A DNA stretch of 64,000 bases, taken from contig CAWFCU010000018.1 in assembly GCA_963814445.1 (NCBI GenBank), positions 159,637 to 223,636 of the forward strand. Direction: 5' to 3'. This document shows positions 1 to 12,105 of this stretch, piece by piece (the first letter of the stretch is position 1; the number at the start of each line of letters is the position of its first letter). Below the pieces are notes generated by a model. It ran no database searches. It saw nothing but the letters and a program-made list of their open reading frames with translations, and was not told where the DNA came from. The position numbers and the translations under genes are program-made. This DNA is from an uncultured Chitinophagaceae bacterium (lineage in GTDB: Bacteria; Bacteroidota; Bacteroidia; Chitinophagales; Chitinophagaceae).

Positions 1-1848
1 CCCGGGCGGCAAGCAGTTTATTGGTAAATTGAAACAGGATCTGTCAGGATATGTTTACACAACCATGTTTGGTACCAACAGCGCATCCCCAAATATTTCA
101 CCCGTGGCTTTTTTGGTTGACAGGTGCCAGAATGTGTATGTTTCGGGCTGGGGTGGTACATTAGAAACTACAAAGCAATATCCAAACGCAGGTACTACCG
201 GTATGGATTTCTTAATAACAAGAGGAGCTATACAATCAAGAACAGATGGAAGCGACTTTTTCTTTTTTGTGCTGGAGAAAGATGCCAGAAGCCAGTTGTT
301 TGGAAGTTACTTTGGGCAGATAGGCGGCTTTACAGATCATGTGGATGGTGGCACCAGCCGCTTTGATGACAATGGTATTATTTACCAGGCAATATGTGCC
401 AATTGTGGCAATGCCAATACACCCGGAGTTGTTTTTCCTACCACGCCAGGTGTGTGGGGCAGGAGAAATAATTCCAGCGCCTGTAACGAAGCTGTGGTAA
501 AAATTGAAATGAACTTTGGGGGTGTAGGCGCCAATATCAGGACAATTATTAATAACCTGCCCAATGCTGTTTCAGGTTGCAATCCATTAAAAGTAGAAGC
601 CTTTGATTCCTTATCAAAAGCACAATCTTTTTTCTGGAACTGGGGCGATGGTTCTAAAATAGATACACTGTATGGCAGGTCAGATACATCACACCTTTAT
701 AATTTGCCACCAGGCGTTGATGAAAGGTATTATAATATTATGCTGATAGCAGAAGACAGCAATACCTGCAACGTTCGTGATACTGCTTATAAAAGAATAA
801 AAGTGAGTACCAATTTTGCCACGCTTTCATTCCGGTCGCAAAAGCAGGCACCATGTACAAACCTTTCGTACCAGTTTACTAATTTATCAAGGGCATATAT
901 TGGTTCATTTGACAATAAAGGTTTTGTGTGGGATTTTGGTGATGGTACCACAGATACCGGCAGCATCAGTTATAATCCTGTACACCGCTATGCTTCTACC
1001 GGCAGGTATATTGTAAGGCTTTGTGTTATTGATTCGTTTGTATGTAACTCACCGGATTGTTTTATCGATACGATTAACCTGAGTTCCATAGTAAAGGCTT
1101 CATTTACCACACCTGCTACTGGTTGTGTTCCATATACGCCTGTGTTTGTAAATAATTCTTTAGGCGGCACAGACTGGATATGGGATTTTGGTGATGGAAC
1201 TACATCAAACGAATTTGAACCAGCCAATAAAGTGTATGCAAGCACAGGTACTTATACAATAAGGTTAACTGCTATTGATTCATCTACCTGTAATATTATT
1301 GATGACACTACAGTTACTATAACAGTATTGGATAACCCAACGGCTTCAGGTTATGCAAACCCTGTAATTGGTGAGGCAAACAAGCCAATCAATTTCTTTA
1401 ATACATCCACGGGTGCAGTAAGATATTTATGGGATTTCGGCGATGGTGAAACTTCTACAATGTGGAACCCAGCCATGTTTTCAACGAGTCGAAGGAGTAC
1501 ACTGTAAACCTTATTGCATTTAATGTGGCAGGCTGCACCGATACTTTCCCTATAAAGGTTACTGCTACTGTAATTCCTTTGCTGGATGTGCCGAATGCGT
1601 TTACACCTGGTAAGTTTGGTGCCAATGGAACTATATCCGTTGCCGGGTTTGGTATTGGGAAAATGGACTGGAGGATATACAACCGGTGGGGGCAGTTAAT
1701 ATTTCATACCACTAACCGGAAAGAAGGATGGGATGGAACATATAAAGGAGCTGTGCAACCGATGGATGTATATACTTATACTTTGGATGTGCAATTTACA
1801 GATGGAAAAAAATACCGGAAAACCGGTGATATAACTTTATTAAGATAG
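1..1848 (+). CDS. PKD-repeat surface protein with gliding-motility-associated (T9SS type B) C-terminal domain, 5' partial, frameshift ~1460
   Basis: Repeated WDFGDG PKD motifs; C-terminal VPNAFTP...IYNRWG...GWDGTYKG...GDITLLR; ORFs 29..1507 and 1462..1848 join. Confidence 0.85.
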
Positions 1849-1890
1849 AACAATAAGCAAAGAAATTTCGTTTATTGTTTGTAGCTTGAA

Positions 1891-2921
1891 ATGTATTTAT
1901 GATTTAAAAAAGAAAAATAACGCTTCCTGCTGTTGCTTACAGTTTCGCTTTCTACAAAAGCGCAGGATTTGCATTTTTCTCAATTTTTTAATTCACCATT
2001 AAGTACCAACCCGGCTAACACCGGATTTATACCCGATGCAGATTACAGGATTGGTGCCCATTTCCGCAACCAATGGGCATCTATTTTAGCATGCTCCATA
2101 TAAAACATTCAGTATTTATGGTGATGCACAGGTGTTCCGTGACAGGTTCGACAATGGATGGCTTGGTTTGGGTGGTTTACTAATGAGCGACCAGGCAGGT
2201 ACAGGAGGATTGAAGTCAACAAAAATTTATGGTTCTATTGCGTATCATCAAATGCTTGGATTAAGCAGTTTGCTTAGTGCAGGCTTTAATGTGGGCTGGG
2301 CCAATAAAAGGATCGATCCCACCAAGCTTACTTTTCCAGACCAGTTTAACGGGCTTTTCTTTGATAACACTGTTGCCTACTGCTGTATCCATCGTAAATA
2401 ACAGTACCAGTTATTTTGATATGCAGGCTGGTGTAAACTATGCCTATTTCCCCAATGAAAATACTTACATCAATGCAGGTTATTCAATCCATCATGTGAA
2501 CAGGCCAAAGGAAACATTTTTTTCTGAAGCAGATGACAGCAGGATACCTATGCGGCATATTGGTTTTATCAATGCAATGCTTAAACTAAATAACAGGGTT
2601 ATCATTAACCCCAATGTATATTATACTATGCAGGCAAAATCGCATGAGTTTATGTTGGGTATGAATGCCAATTACAATCTCTCAGGCGCAGGCGAAAAGC
2701 AATTGCTGGCAGGTGTGTATTACCGCCAGGGCGATGCCATTGTACCAATGATTGGTTTTGAAATAAGTAATATCCGTTTCACTTTCAGTTATGATGTTAC
2801 CACTTCCGGCCTTCGGGATTTTAATAATTCACAGGGTGCCCAGGAATTTAATTTAATGAAAAAAGGTTTTTATGGTAATCCCGGCGGCAAACAGGTATTG
2901 TGTCCCACTTTCGCCTACTAA
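1891..2921 (+). CDS. PorP/SprF family T9SS membrane protein (frameshifted, start approximate)
   Basis: AQDLHFSQFFNSPLSTNPANTG N-terminus read from DNA at ~1960-2030; FSYDVTTSGL...EF C-terminus; follows a type B CTD cargo gene. Confidence 0.85.
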
Positions 2922-3017
2922 GAATAGAATTATCAACTCTTATCCAGGCTTCATTTATCTTCCTGCTTTATTTTATCGACTCCCGGTTTTGTACGATTTT
3001 TACAAAAAAATATTTTG

Positions 3018-4430
3018 ATGACTGCAGCAGACTGTAAAACGCTTACACTTGAACATTTTGAACAGTTTAAAAAAATTGCAGGTGAGCAGTATGTGCTGGC
3101 AGATGAAGAAGCATTGAAAAATTACGGGCATGATGAAACGGAAAATTTATTGTATTTGCCCGAAGTGGTGATAAAGCCACGAACTGCACAGGAGATAAGT
3201 GCCATATTTAAAATTTGCAATGAGTATAAAATACCGGTAACACCAAGAGGTGCAGGAACAGGATTAAGCGGCGGTGCATTGCCGCAATTTGGTGGAGTGT
3301 TGATCTCAATGGAAAGAATGAATTCGATCATTGAAATTGATGAAAGGAACCTGCAGGTAACAACAGAGCCCGGTGTGATAACTGAAGTATTGCAGAATGC
3401 AGTGAAAGAAAAGGGATTGTTTTATCCACCAGATCCAAGCAGCAGGGGAAGTTGTTTTATCGGGGGAAATATTGCAGAAAACAGCGGCGGGCCAAAAGCG
3501 GTAAAGTATGGTGTGGTAAAAGATTATGTATTGAACCTTGAGGTGGTGTTGCCCAATGGAGAAATTATCTGGACTGGCGCCAATGTGTTGAAAAATTCTA
3601 CCGGTTATAATCTTACACAACTGATGGTTGGCAGCGAAGGCACATTGGGCATCGTTACAAAAATTGTGTTGAAGTTGTTGCCTTATCCAAAGCATGAATT
3701 GCTGATGCTGGTTCCTTTTAATTCTTTGGAAAAAGCAGGCGAAGCTGTGAGTGCCATATTCAGGGCTGGTTATACACCGAGTGCTTTAGAATTGGTAGAG
3801 ATTGATGCATTAAAAATTGTAAGTGCTCATTTGAATGATACCACCATACCAATTGATGATAAAACGGAAGCACATTTAATAATTGAAGTAGACGGTAATC
3901 ACCTTGATACTTTGATGAATGAAATGGAAGCCATTGCAGGCTTGCTTACCAATTTTGATTGTGGTGAAATTTATTTTGCAGATGATGAACAACAGAAAGC
4001 AGCTTTGTGGAAATTGCGCCGCCGTGTAGCCGAAGTGGTAAAACTGGAAGGATATACCATTGAAGAAGATACTGTGGTGCCAAGGGCAGAATTACCTGCT
4101 TTGATAAGAGGCGTAAAAAAATTAGGAAAAGAATATAACTTTCACCCTGTATGTTATGGCCATGCAGGCGATGGTAATTTGCACATCAGGATAAAAAAAG
4201 AAGGAAGTATTTACAGTTTAAATAATCCTGCCATTGTACCAGCTTTAAAAGCAATTTTTCAATTGGTGCATTCACTCGGTGGCACCATCAGTGGTGAGCA
4301 TGGTATTGGGTTGTTGCAAAAAGAATATTTGGATATTGTATTTGATGAAACACATTTGGAATTGATGAGGGGCATCAAAAAAACATTTGACCCAAATAAT
4401 ATTTTAAACCGTGGAAAAATTTTTGATTAA
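3018..4430 (+). CDS. FAD-linked oxidase, GlcD/D-2-hydroxyacid dehydrogenase family
   Basis: PRGAGTGLSGG, FYPPDPSS, GHAGDGNLH, SGEHGIG motifs. Confidence 0.9.
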   Translation: MTAADCKTLTLEHFEQFKKIAGEQYVLADEEALKNYGHDETENLLYLPEVVIKPRTAQEISAIFKICNEYKIPVTPRGAGTGLSGGALPQFGGVLISMERMNSIIEIDERNLQVTTEPGVITEVLQNAVKEKGLFYPPDPSSRGSCFIGGNIAENSGGPKAVKYGVVKDYVLNLEVVLPNGEIIWTGANVLKNSTGYNLTQLMVGSEGTLGIVTKIVLKLLPYPKHELLMLVPFNSLEKAGEAVSAIFRAGYTPSALELVEIDALKIVSAHLNDTTIPIDDKTEAHLIIEVDGNHLDTLMNEMEAIAGLLTNFDCGEIYFADDEQQKAALWKLRRRVAEVVKLEGYTIEEDTVVPRAELPALIRGVKKLGKEYNFHPVCYGHAGDGNLHIRIKKEGSIYSLNNPAIVPALKAIFQLVHSLGGTISGEHGIGLLQKEYLDIVFDETHLELMRGIKKTFDPNNILNRGKIFD

Positions 4431-4440
4431 AATAATAGTT

Positions 4441-5075
4441 ATGAAACGTATTGTATTAATTTTTCTTGCAGCTGCATTTAGTATAAACAGTTTTGCACAA
4501 GAGAAAGAAGTTATTTTTTCATCCACCGACAGGGAGGATGATTCAGAAAAAAAAGGTTTTAGAAAAGAAATGCTGTTTACAGGTGGTAATATCAATCTTT
4601 CCTTTTCTAATTATGGCTTTGTGCTGGGTGCAACACCACAATTGGGTTATAGTGTTACAAATTGGCTTGATGCAGGTATTTTATTTGGATTTACCTACAG
4701 TAACCAACGGGATGATGCTAATACTAAATACAAACAAACTATTCTTTACTCCCGGGGCATTTGTACGGTTATTCCCTATCGATGGTTTTTTTGCATCTGC
4801 CCAGTTTGAACATAATTTCATCAAGACAAAACTTAAATTCAATGATGGTTCTACTTATAAGTATCCAAACATTGATGTAAACAGCCTTCTTGTAGGTATT
4901 GGCTATGCCAGTGGAAGGGAGGGAAGAAATAGTCCTTACTTATTATTTTTCTGTTTCAGTAGATATTCTTAGGGAGCCTAATTCCCCTTATACCGACAGG
5001 TATAATAATTTATTACCCGTAGCAATTGCTGGTTTCAATATCCCTTTGTTCCAGGGTGGCGGCAGGCGCAGGTAG
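4441..5075 (+). CDS. Secreted hypothetical protein, probable outer-membrane beta-barrel (2 frameshifts)
   Basis: Signal peptide MKRIVLIF...SFAQ; alternating beta-strand pattern continuing over three frames to ...GFNIPLFQGGGRRR*. Confidence 0.6.
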
Positions 5076-5606
5076 TTAGTTGAAAAATTCTTCCGGGCTG
5101 TTTATTACCGTTACTGCTTTTTCAACCGAAGTGTATAAAAAACCTTCTTTGTGCATGTGTTCCATGTGTTGCAGCAATGCATCATAATAGCCTGCCGTGT
5201 TTAAAATATAAATAGGCTTATCATGAATGCTTAACTGGTTCCAGGTAAGTATTTCAAACAGTTCATCCATGGTGCCAAAACCGCCGGGTAAAATAATGGC
5301 TGCATCTGCTTTTTCATACAACAGGCGTTTACGCACATGCATATTTTCAACAATGATCAGTTCTGTTATTTCATCATGCTGCTGTTCCCATTGGTTCAGT
5401 ATTTCAGGAATAATACCGGTAACAGTGCCGCCTTTTGCCAATACAGCATTTGCCACAGCACCCATTAAGCCCCTGTTTCCGCCGCCATAGATCAGGCGGA
5501 TATTATTTATTGCCAACAGGTTTCCTAACAGTTTAGCATGTGCTTCATACAATGGGTTGGTACCATTTTTACTCCCACAAAAAACAACAATAGATTTTAC
5601 CTTCAT
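5076..5606 (-). CDS. LOG family nucleotide phosphoribohydrolase (TIGR00730-like)
   Basis: VFCGS, YGGG..GLMG, PGGFGTMDE motifs; ATG at 5606. Confidence 0.9.
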   Translation of the reverse strand: MKVKSIVVFCGSKNGTNPLYEAHAKLLGNLLAINNIRLIYGGGNRGLMGAVANAVLAKGGTVTGIIPEILNQWEQQHDEITELIIVENMHVRKRLLYEKADAAIILPGGFGTMDELFEILTWNQLSIHDKPIYILNTAGYYDALLQHMEHMHKEGFLYTSVEKAVTVINSPEEFFN

Positions 5607-5687
5607 AATAGCTATGCAATTATTTATGAGCAAAGACACAAAGTTTTTCTCTATTTTCAATTTTATTTTTACATAAACACACGCTGC

Positions 5688-7211
5688 ATGTCCTCCACCT
5701 TATTGTTTTCTTTTGTAATCGGATATTTTTTATTGCTGTTAGTGGTGGCATATTTCACCAGTAAAAATTCCAATAATGATTCCTTCTTTATTGGCAACCG
5801 AAACAGTAACTGGATGCTGGTGGCTTTTGGCATGATCGGTACATCATTAAGTGGTGTTACGTTTGTGAGTGTACCGGGAACGGTTGGTACTGCAGGCTTC
5901 CAGTATTTCCAGGTGGTGATAGGATACTTTTTTGGATACTTAGTTATTGCTTATGTGTTGTTGCCACTCTATTACCGTCTTAACCTTACTTCCATTTATC
6001 ATTATCTGGAAACAAGGTTTGGCCCTGTGTCTTACAAAACAGGAGCTTTGTTTTTTATTGTATCAAGGGCATTGGGTGCTACAGCAAGAATGTACTTGGT
6101 GGTAAATATTCTGCAGCATTTTATGCTTAAAGACATGGGGATCCCTTTTTGGGCAACAGCATTGGTAATATTAGTGCTGATACTGCTGTACACATTTGAA
6201 GGTGGTGTAAAAACAATTGTATATACCGATACATTGCAAACAACATTTATGCTGCTTGGCCTCGTTGTTTGTATTATCACAATAATGAACAAACTCGATC
6301 TTACCTTTTCTTCTGCCATGCAGTCGCTTGGTAATAATAATTTATCAAGGATATTTAATACAGATGTTAATAGCAACGGCTTTTTCGTTAAGCAGATTTT
6401 AGGTGGCGCCTTTATCACTATTGCAATGACAGGGCTTGACCAGGAGATGATGCAGAAAAATATAAGTGTACGTACATTAAAAGGTTCTCAAAAAAATGTA
6501 CTAACGCTAAGTACTATTTTGTTGTTGGTGAATTTTTTGTTTTTGCTGATGGGAGGTTTATTGTATTTGTACGCTGCACAAACCGGCAATACTGTAAAAG
6601 GCGATGATCTTTTTCCTTCGGTGGCTTTAGGCGGAACATTAAGCGGTTTGATCTCGGTATTGTTTATCATAGGGTTGATCTCTGCATTATTCCCCAGTGC
6701 AGACGGTGCGTTGACGGCTTTAACCTCTTCGTTTTGTATTGATATTTTAGGATTAAAGAAAAAAGAAAATCTTTCTGAAAAAGAAAAGAAAAGTACAAGG
6801 CTTACGGTGCATTTGTCTTTTGCTGTATTGTTCTTTTTACTGGTGATGATGTTTAAATGGATCGATGATAAATCTATTATTGAAGTGATACTGAAAGTGG
6901 CTGGATATACTTATGGGCCGTTGTTGGGTTTATTTGCATTCGGTATTTTAACCAAAAGAAAGATCACTGACCGTTATTCATTGCTGGTTTGTTTGTTATC
7001 GCCATTGATAATTTTTGGGATCGACTTGTTCAACAATCCGGACTGGTTTATAAAACGTTTTAAATTGGGTGAAGGCACAGCGGTTTACTTACGGGATTTG
7101 TCAGCCAGTATTTTTGGCACTTATAAAATGGGAATAGAAATACTGATCCTGAACGGGTTGGTTACGTTCCTTGGGCTCTTGTGTATTTCAAAAAAGGGAA
7201 CTCAAAATTAA
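5688..7211 (+). CDS. Sodium:solute symporter family transporter
   Basis: Many TM helices, FGMIGTSLSGVTFVSVPG, GLDQEMMQK; ATG at 5688. Confidence 0.9.
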   Translation: MSSTLLFSFVIGYFLLLLVVAYFTSKNSNNDSFFIGNRNSNWMLVAFGMIGTSLSGVTFVSVPGTVGTAGFQYFQVVIGYFFGYLVIAYVLLPLYYRLNLTSIYHYLETRFGPVSYKTGALFFIVSRALGATARMYLVVNILQHFMLKDMGIPFWATALVILVLILLYTFEGGVKTIVYTDTLQTTFMLLGLVVCIITIMNKLDLTFSSAMQSLGNNNLSRIFNTDVNSNGFFVKQILGGAFITIAMTGLDQEMMQKNISVRTLKGSQKNVLTLSTILLLVNFLFLLMGGLLYLYAAQTGNTVKGDDLFPSVALGGTLSGLISVLFIIGLISALFPSADGALTALTSSFCIDILGLKKKENLSEKEKKSTRLTVHLSFAVLFFLLVMMFKWIDDKSIIEVILKVAGYTYGPLLGLFAFGILTKRKITDRYSLLVCLLSPLIIFGIDLFNNPDWFIKRFKLGEGTAVYLRDLSASIFGTYKMGIEILILNGLVTFLGLLCISKKGTQN

Positions 7212-7318
7212 GAACCTGTATAAACCCATACAGCTGCAAAAAAAGCTGCACAAGCCATACCGAGGCAAATAATAATGTTCCTTAGTCGGTTTTCTTTGGC
7301 ACCGAATAAAAATTGCAT
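7208..7318 (-). CDS. Putative 36-aa small membrane protein
   Basis: Hand translation MQFLFGAKENRLRNIIICLGMACAAFFAAVWVYTGS*; A-rich leader; C-terminal hydrophobic helix. Confidence 0.35.
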   Translation of the reverse strand: MQFLFGAKENRLRNIIICLGMACAAFFAAVWVYTGS

Positions 7319-7546
7319 ATCGTTTTGTTTTAAGCTAAGAAAGGGCTGGATTGGTATATAACGAAAGATTGGTTAAAATATTTTGTGATATGGCAGGCTG
7401 GTGGTGGGTTTGAAAGGATAAAACCCTTGTAAATACGTTTCATAAGATAGGTTTTTGGAGATGATTGTACAAAGTCGCAATTTTCATTCCAGAAAACCAC
7501 CAACTTTTTGGGGCTGGCATTATTTTTATATAATAGAGAGTAATAA

Positions 7547-8185
7547 ATGGAACTTGTAAACATACTGGCAGAACAATACGCAGACAGGTTTTGTACTGAT
7601 GAAGATGGCTTGCTGCAGAAAATAAATGATTACACTACTAAGCAGCATGCACAGCCGCACATGCTTAGCGGAAAAGTGCAGGGCCAGTTATTATCAATGG
7701 TAAGCCAACTGCTTCAGCCAAAGCGGATTTTGGAAGTGGGCACGTTTACAGGTTATAGCGCCTTATGTTTAGCACAAGGGCTACAGCCAGGTGGAAAATT
7801 ATATACACTTGAACTGAGAGCAGAAGATGCAGCAATAGCCTACAATTATTTTGCGGAAAGTAAATACAAGGAACAGATACATACGCTTGTTGGCAATGCA
7901 AAAGACATTATTCCCACATTAAATGAAACCTGGGATATTGTATTTATTGATGCAGATAAAACAGGATATATTGACTATTACGGGTTAATTTTGCCGCAGG
8001 TGAGAAAAAATGGATTGCTGATAGCAGATAATGTGTTATTTCACGGGCAGGTGCTGGAAGAAGAAATAAGTGGTAAAAACGCAAAAGCTATCCATGCTTT
8101 TAATGAACATGTGAAAAATGATGACAGGGTGGAACAGGTGATGCTGACAGTGAGGGATGGGCTGAGGTTGATAAGGAAGAAGTAA
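7547..8185 (+). CDS. O-methyltransferase (caffeoyl-CoA OMT-like)
   Basis: LEVGTFTGYSAL, FIDADK, ADNVLFHG motifs. Confidence 0.9.
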   Translation: MELVNILAEQYADRFCTDEDGLLQKINDYTTKQHAQPHMLSGKVQGQLLSMVSQLLQPKRILEVGTFTGYSALCLAQGLQPGGKLYTLELRAEDAAIAYNYFAESKYKEQIHTLVGNAKDIIPTLNETWDIVFIDADKTGYIDYYGLILPQVRKNGLLIADNVLFHGQVLEEEISGKNAKAIHAFNEHVKNDDRVEQVMLTVRDGLRLIRKK

Positions 8186-8208
8186 GAAGCTTTTGAAGTG
8201 GGTGGTAA

Positions 8209-8300
8209 AATTGTTTGATGGTTAAATTGTTTAATGGTTGAATTGTTGAAGGCAGTATTTAGTAGCAGGAGTTTATCAACAATTCAGCAATTCAACAATG
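8209..8300. repeat. 8-nt-period tandem repeat (AATTGTTK-like) with inverted arm (CAACAATT-like)
   Basis: aattgtttgatggttaaattgtttaatggttgaattgttg ... caacaattcagcaattcaacaatg. Confidence 0.7.
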
Positions 8301-8379
8301 TTGCAATAAGATTGGTTTGGTTCATTACGTTCCAGGAAAGTTATCCGGATATCTTTATAATCTATACTAACGAAAAACA

Positions 8380-9568
8380 ATGATCAAAAAATTATTAATG
8401 TTGCTGTTGTACTTGTTTGCTTTCTGCAATGCTACCGCACAAAACTTAACTCCCGAGCAATACATTGAACAATACAAAGATGTTGCTGTAAGGGAAATGA
8501 AAAGAATGGGCGTGCCTGCCTCCATTACACTTGGCACAAGGGCTGCATGAAACAGAAAACGGTAACAGTGTATTGGTAAAAAAATCAAACAATCATTTTG
8601 GCATCAAATGCAAAAGTTCATGGACTGGTGGTGGTGTAAGCCATGATGATGATGCTCCCGGCGAATGTTTCAGAACATACAAGAATGCTGATGAGTCTTA
8701 CCGTGACCACAGCAATTACCTTCGTGGCAACGAACGCTATGCATCCCTCTTTCAATTAGATCCTGCTGATTATAAAAAATGGGCTCATGGGTTAAAAAAA
8801 GCAGGCTATGCCACCAATCCTAAATACCCGGTTATTTTGATCCAGACAATAGAGAAATATAATTTGCAGCAATACAGCCTGCTGGCAATTAATGATATGC
8901 CTAAGTATGACAAGAGCCAGTTTGAAGATGATAAGGAAGTGCCGTTTGTTTATAATGAAGAAGAGGGTAATTCATCCATAGCAAAAAATGTAAGTAATAA
9001 AGATATTGTGCCTGCTGACGGCTCCGACTTTGACAGGATTGGATACATTAACCAGGTAAAATGTGTGATGGCAAAAAAAGGGACTTCGTTATTAGCAATA
9101 GCAACAAGACAGGATATTGCATTGGCGAAATTGCTTGAGTACAATGATTTTTCTGAAGATGGCTTGCTTGCTAAAGACCAGCCTGTTTTTTTACAAAAGA
9201 AAGCAATGCAGGGCAGTACAGGTATCTATGTATCCAAAAAAGGTGAAACCTTGCTGGATGTAGCACAACAAAATGGGGTGCAGTTAGAAACCCTGGTAAG
9301 TTATAATGGCCTTACAAAAAATACTGTGATAAAAGAGGGAACAGAAATTTATCTTCAGCCTGTAATGAAAATTGCTTCGGTGGAAGTGTCAAGAACGTAT
9401 GGGGATGAAGCCACATTATCAAGCGTAAAGTATCATGAGGTGCAGGCAAAGGAAGGTTTGTATAGTATTGCAAAAAAATATGGTGTAACGGTACAGCAAT
9501 TAAAAGAGTGGAACAACCTTACATCGGATAGCCTGAGCATCGGTCAACAATTAATTGTTTCAAAATAA
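8380..9568 (+). CDS. GH73 glucosaminidase with LysM domains (peptidoglycan hydrolase), frameshift ~8531
   Basis: Signal peptide; GVPASITL-AQG, NNHFGIKC, GYATNPKY; C-terminal LysM (LYSIAKKYGVTVQQLKEWNNL). Confidence 0.9.
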
Positions 9569-9597
9569 ATATAACGTTCACGGTAACCCCAACTACA

Positions 9598-10137
9598 ATG
9601 GAACCCATCCAGGTAATCGACAAGAAATTTATCCCATTCATTACGGCAGAACAAATTGATGTCCGTATAAAAGAAATGGCAGCAGACATCAGTAAAGATT
9701 ATGCAGGTAAAAAGCCAATTTTTATTGCTATTCTTAATGGCTCATTCATGTTTGCTTCCGACCTGTTTAAATCAATAACAGGAGAAGCCGAGATATGCTT
9801 TATCAAACTGGCGTCTTACAAGGGCACAAAATCTACCGGTAATGTTATTACATCTATCGGTTTGGATGAGCCGCTTGAAGGAAGGCACGTAGTGATAATA
9901 GAAGATATTGTTGATACCGGCAATACGCTTACCAAATTTTTGCCACAGCTATACAACCAGCAACCTGCTTCTTTAAAGATTGCGGCGTTGCTTCATAAGC
10001 CAGAAGCGCTGGAACATCCGCTGGATCTTAATTATATCGGTTTTAGTGTTCCCAATAAATTTTTGCTTGGCTTTGGGCTTGACTATGATGGGCTCGGCAG
10101 AAATTTGGCAGAAATTTACCAGTTGGTAGAGGAATAA
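9598..10137 (+). CDS. hpt: Hypoxanthine phosphoribosyltransferase
   Basis: IIEDIVDTGNT PRPP motif, GFGLDYDG. Confidence 0.95.
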   Translation: MEPIQVIDKKFIPFITAEQIDVRIKEMAADISKDYAGKKPIFIAILNGSFMFASDLFKSITGEAEICFIKLASYKGTKSTGNVITSIGLDEPLEGRHVVIIEDIVDTGNTLTKFLPQLYNQQPASLKIAALLHKPEALEHPLDLNYIGFSVPNKFLLGFGLDYDGLGRNLAEIYQLVEE

Positions 10138-10204
10138 TGGGCAATAGAGTGTGCAATTTTACGTTCTACCGGATTAGTATTTAAAATTAGAATAATATTT
10201 GCCT

Positions 10205-11999
10205 TTGAAGCCCCTGCTTATTTATATCCTTATTTCATTTTTTATTACTAACTGCCAATGGGCAGTATTACCTGCGTGGCGAAATCAAGAATGAGAAAAG
10301 CGAATACCTGCAGAATGTAAACATCCGTCTTCATTCAGATAAGTTATTGTATCGTTCAGGCGTGGGCGGTGGTTTTGGTATTTCAGGCAGTTTAAAAAAA
10401 GATTCCCTTACATTGAGCATTGATGGTTATGAAACGATAACCGTGGCGATCAGTTCAGATAAATACCTGGAAGTAACGATGAAGCAATTGTCATCCAATC
10501 CAGTAAAAACAGGCCCAAGCTTATATCCATCACCAAAGACAATAAGTTCAGTTCAAAATATTCCTGGTTTGTAAGCGATGAATCTTATTTTTCATTGATT
10601 GAAAATGAAGAAGTGAATGCTGATCGTTTTCCCAACACAGGTTTTTCATTAAATATCAACAAAGCTTCTTACAGTAATATCCGCCGCTTTTTGGCACAGG
10701 GCAGCGTAGTGCCACCTGATGCTGTGAGAATAGAGGAATTGCTGAATTATTTTAACCTGAATTATAAGGAGCCTGAAAAAAATGAATTTTTTAAGATAGA
10801 GTCTGAACAATCCGCTTGCCCGTGGGATGAAAAAAAAAGGTTGTTGTACCTCAACATCAATGCCCGAAAACTTGATTTGGAAAAAGTGCCACCAAGCAAC
10901 CTTGGTTTTTTTAATAGATGCATCAGGCAGCATGGATATGCCCAACAGGTTGCCATTGGTAAAAGCAGCTTTTCAAATGCTGGTTAAAAATTTGCGGCCA
11001 ACCGACACCGTTTCCATTGTTATTTATGGTGGTGCTGTAGCCGTATGGATGCAACCAACAAGCGGCGCTGAAAAACAAAAAATTATTCAATCAATTGAAG
11101 AGTTAACAGCCAGTGGTGATACACCTGGTGAATCTGCCATCCGCCTTGCATATATGGTTGCAAAAAGATCATTTATAAAAAATGGCAATAACAGGGTGAT
11201 ACTGGCAACTGATGGTGATTTTAATGTAGGAGAAACAAGTGAAGAAGCACTGGAGGATCTGATCACAAAGCAAAGGCAAACTGGTGTTTATTTAACTTGT
11301 CTTGGTGTAGGTATGGGTAATTTTAAAGATTCTAAATTAGAAACGCTTGCAAAAAGAGGTAATGGCAATTACGCTTATCTTGATGATATAAAAGAAGCTG
11401 AAAAGGTATTGGTGAAAGAAGTAACACAAACTTTTTATGCAGTGGCAGATGATGTGTTTTTGAATGTGCATTTCAATTCATCATTGGTAAAAGATTACAG
11501 GCTTATTGGGTTTGACAATAAACGGGATGCTATTGCAGACAGCAGTGGTACACTGGAAGGTGGTGAAATTGGCAGCGGCAACAGTGTGATGGCAATTTTT
11601 GAATATACCCCTGCCATTGCCAACGACAGCCTTTTCAATATCTCAGCCGTCACCTCACAAATTGCAGAAGTGGATCTGCGTTACACACCATCAAATACCA
11701 CCGCAGAAAAACATTTGCAATATAAATGCAACGGTAATATAAAACCATTTACTGCCATCAGCAAAGAGTTGCAGCTAGGTGCTGCTATAGCCATGTTTGG
11801 ACTGAAGTTGCGGCAGAGTAAATACCTGCCTGCAAAAACTACTGACTGGGATAAGCTGGAAAGCTTAGCTTTAAGTTCTTATAATCCTAATGATTATTTG
11901 CAAAAGGAATTTATTTCATTGCTTGCCAATGCAAGAAAATTGTATGATAAGTCAAAACAGAAAAAGAAAAAAAAGGGAAAAGATGCCGATGATGAATAA
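10205..11999 (+). CDS. Secreted VWA-domain protein, YfbK/DUF3520-like (several frameshifts)
   Basis: ASYSNIRRFL...PDAVRIEELLNYF, FLIDASGSM MIDAS, ILATDGDFNVG, YRLIGFDN. Confidence 0.85.
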
Positions 12000-12015
12000 T
12001 ATTTGATGTAACACA

Positions 12016-12061
12016 AAATAAGAAGGCGTCTCGTCACTAGTGACGAGACGCCTTCTTATTT
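12016..12061. terminator. Perfect 46-bp palindrome, probable bidirectional terminator between convergent genes
   Basis: aaataagaaggcgtctcgtcact|agtgacgagacgccttcttattt. Confidence 0.8.
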
Positions 12062-12105
12062 ATAAAGAGTTTTCTGGCTAAACTTCTAAACCCTAAACCT
12101 CTAAA

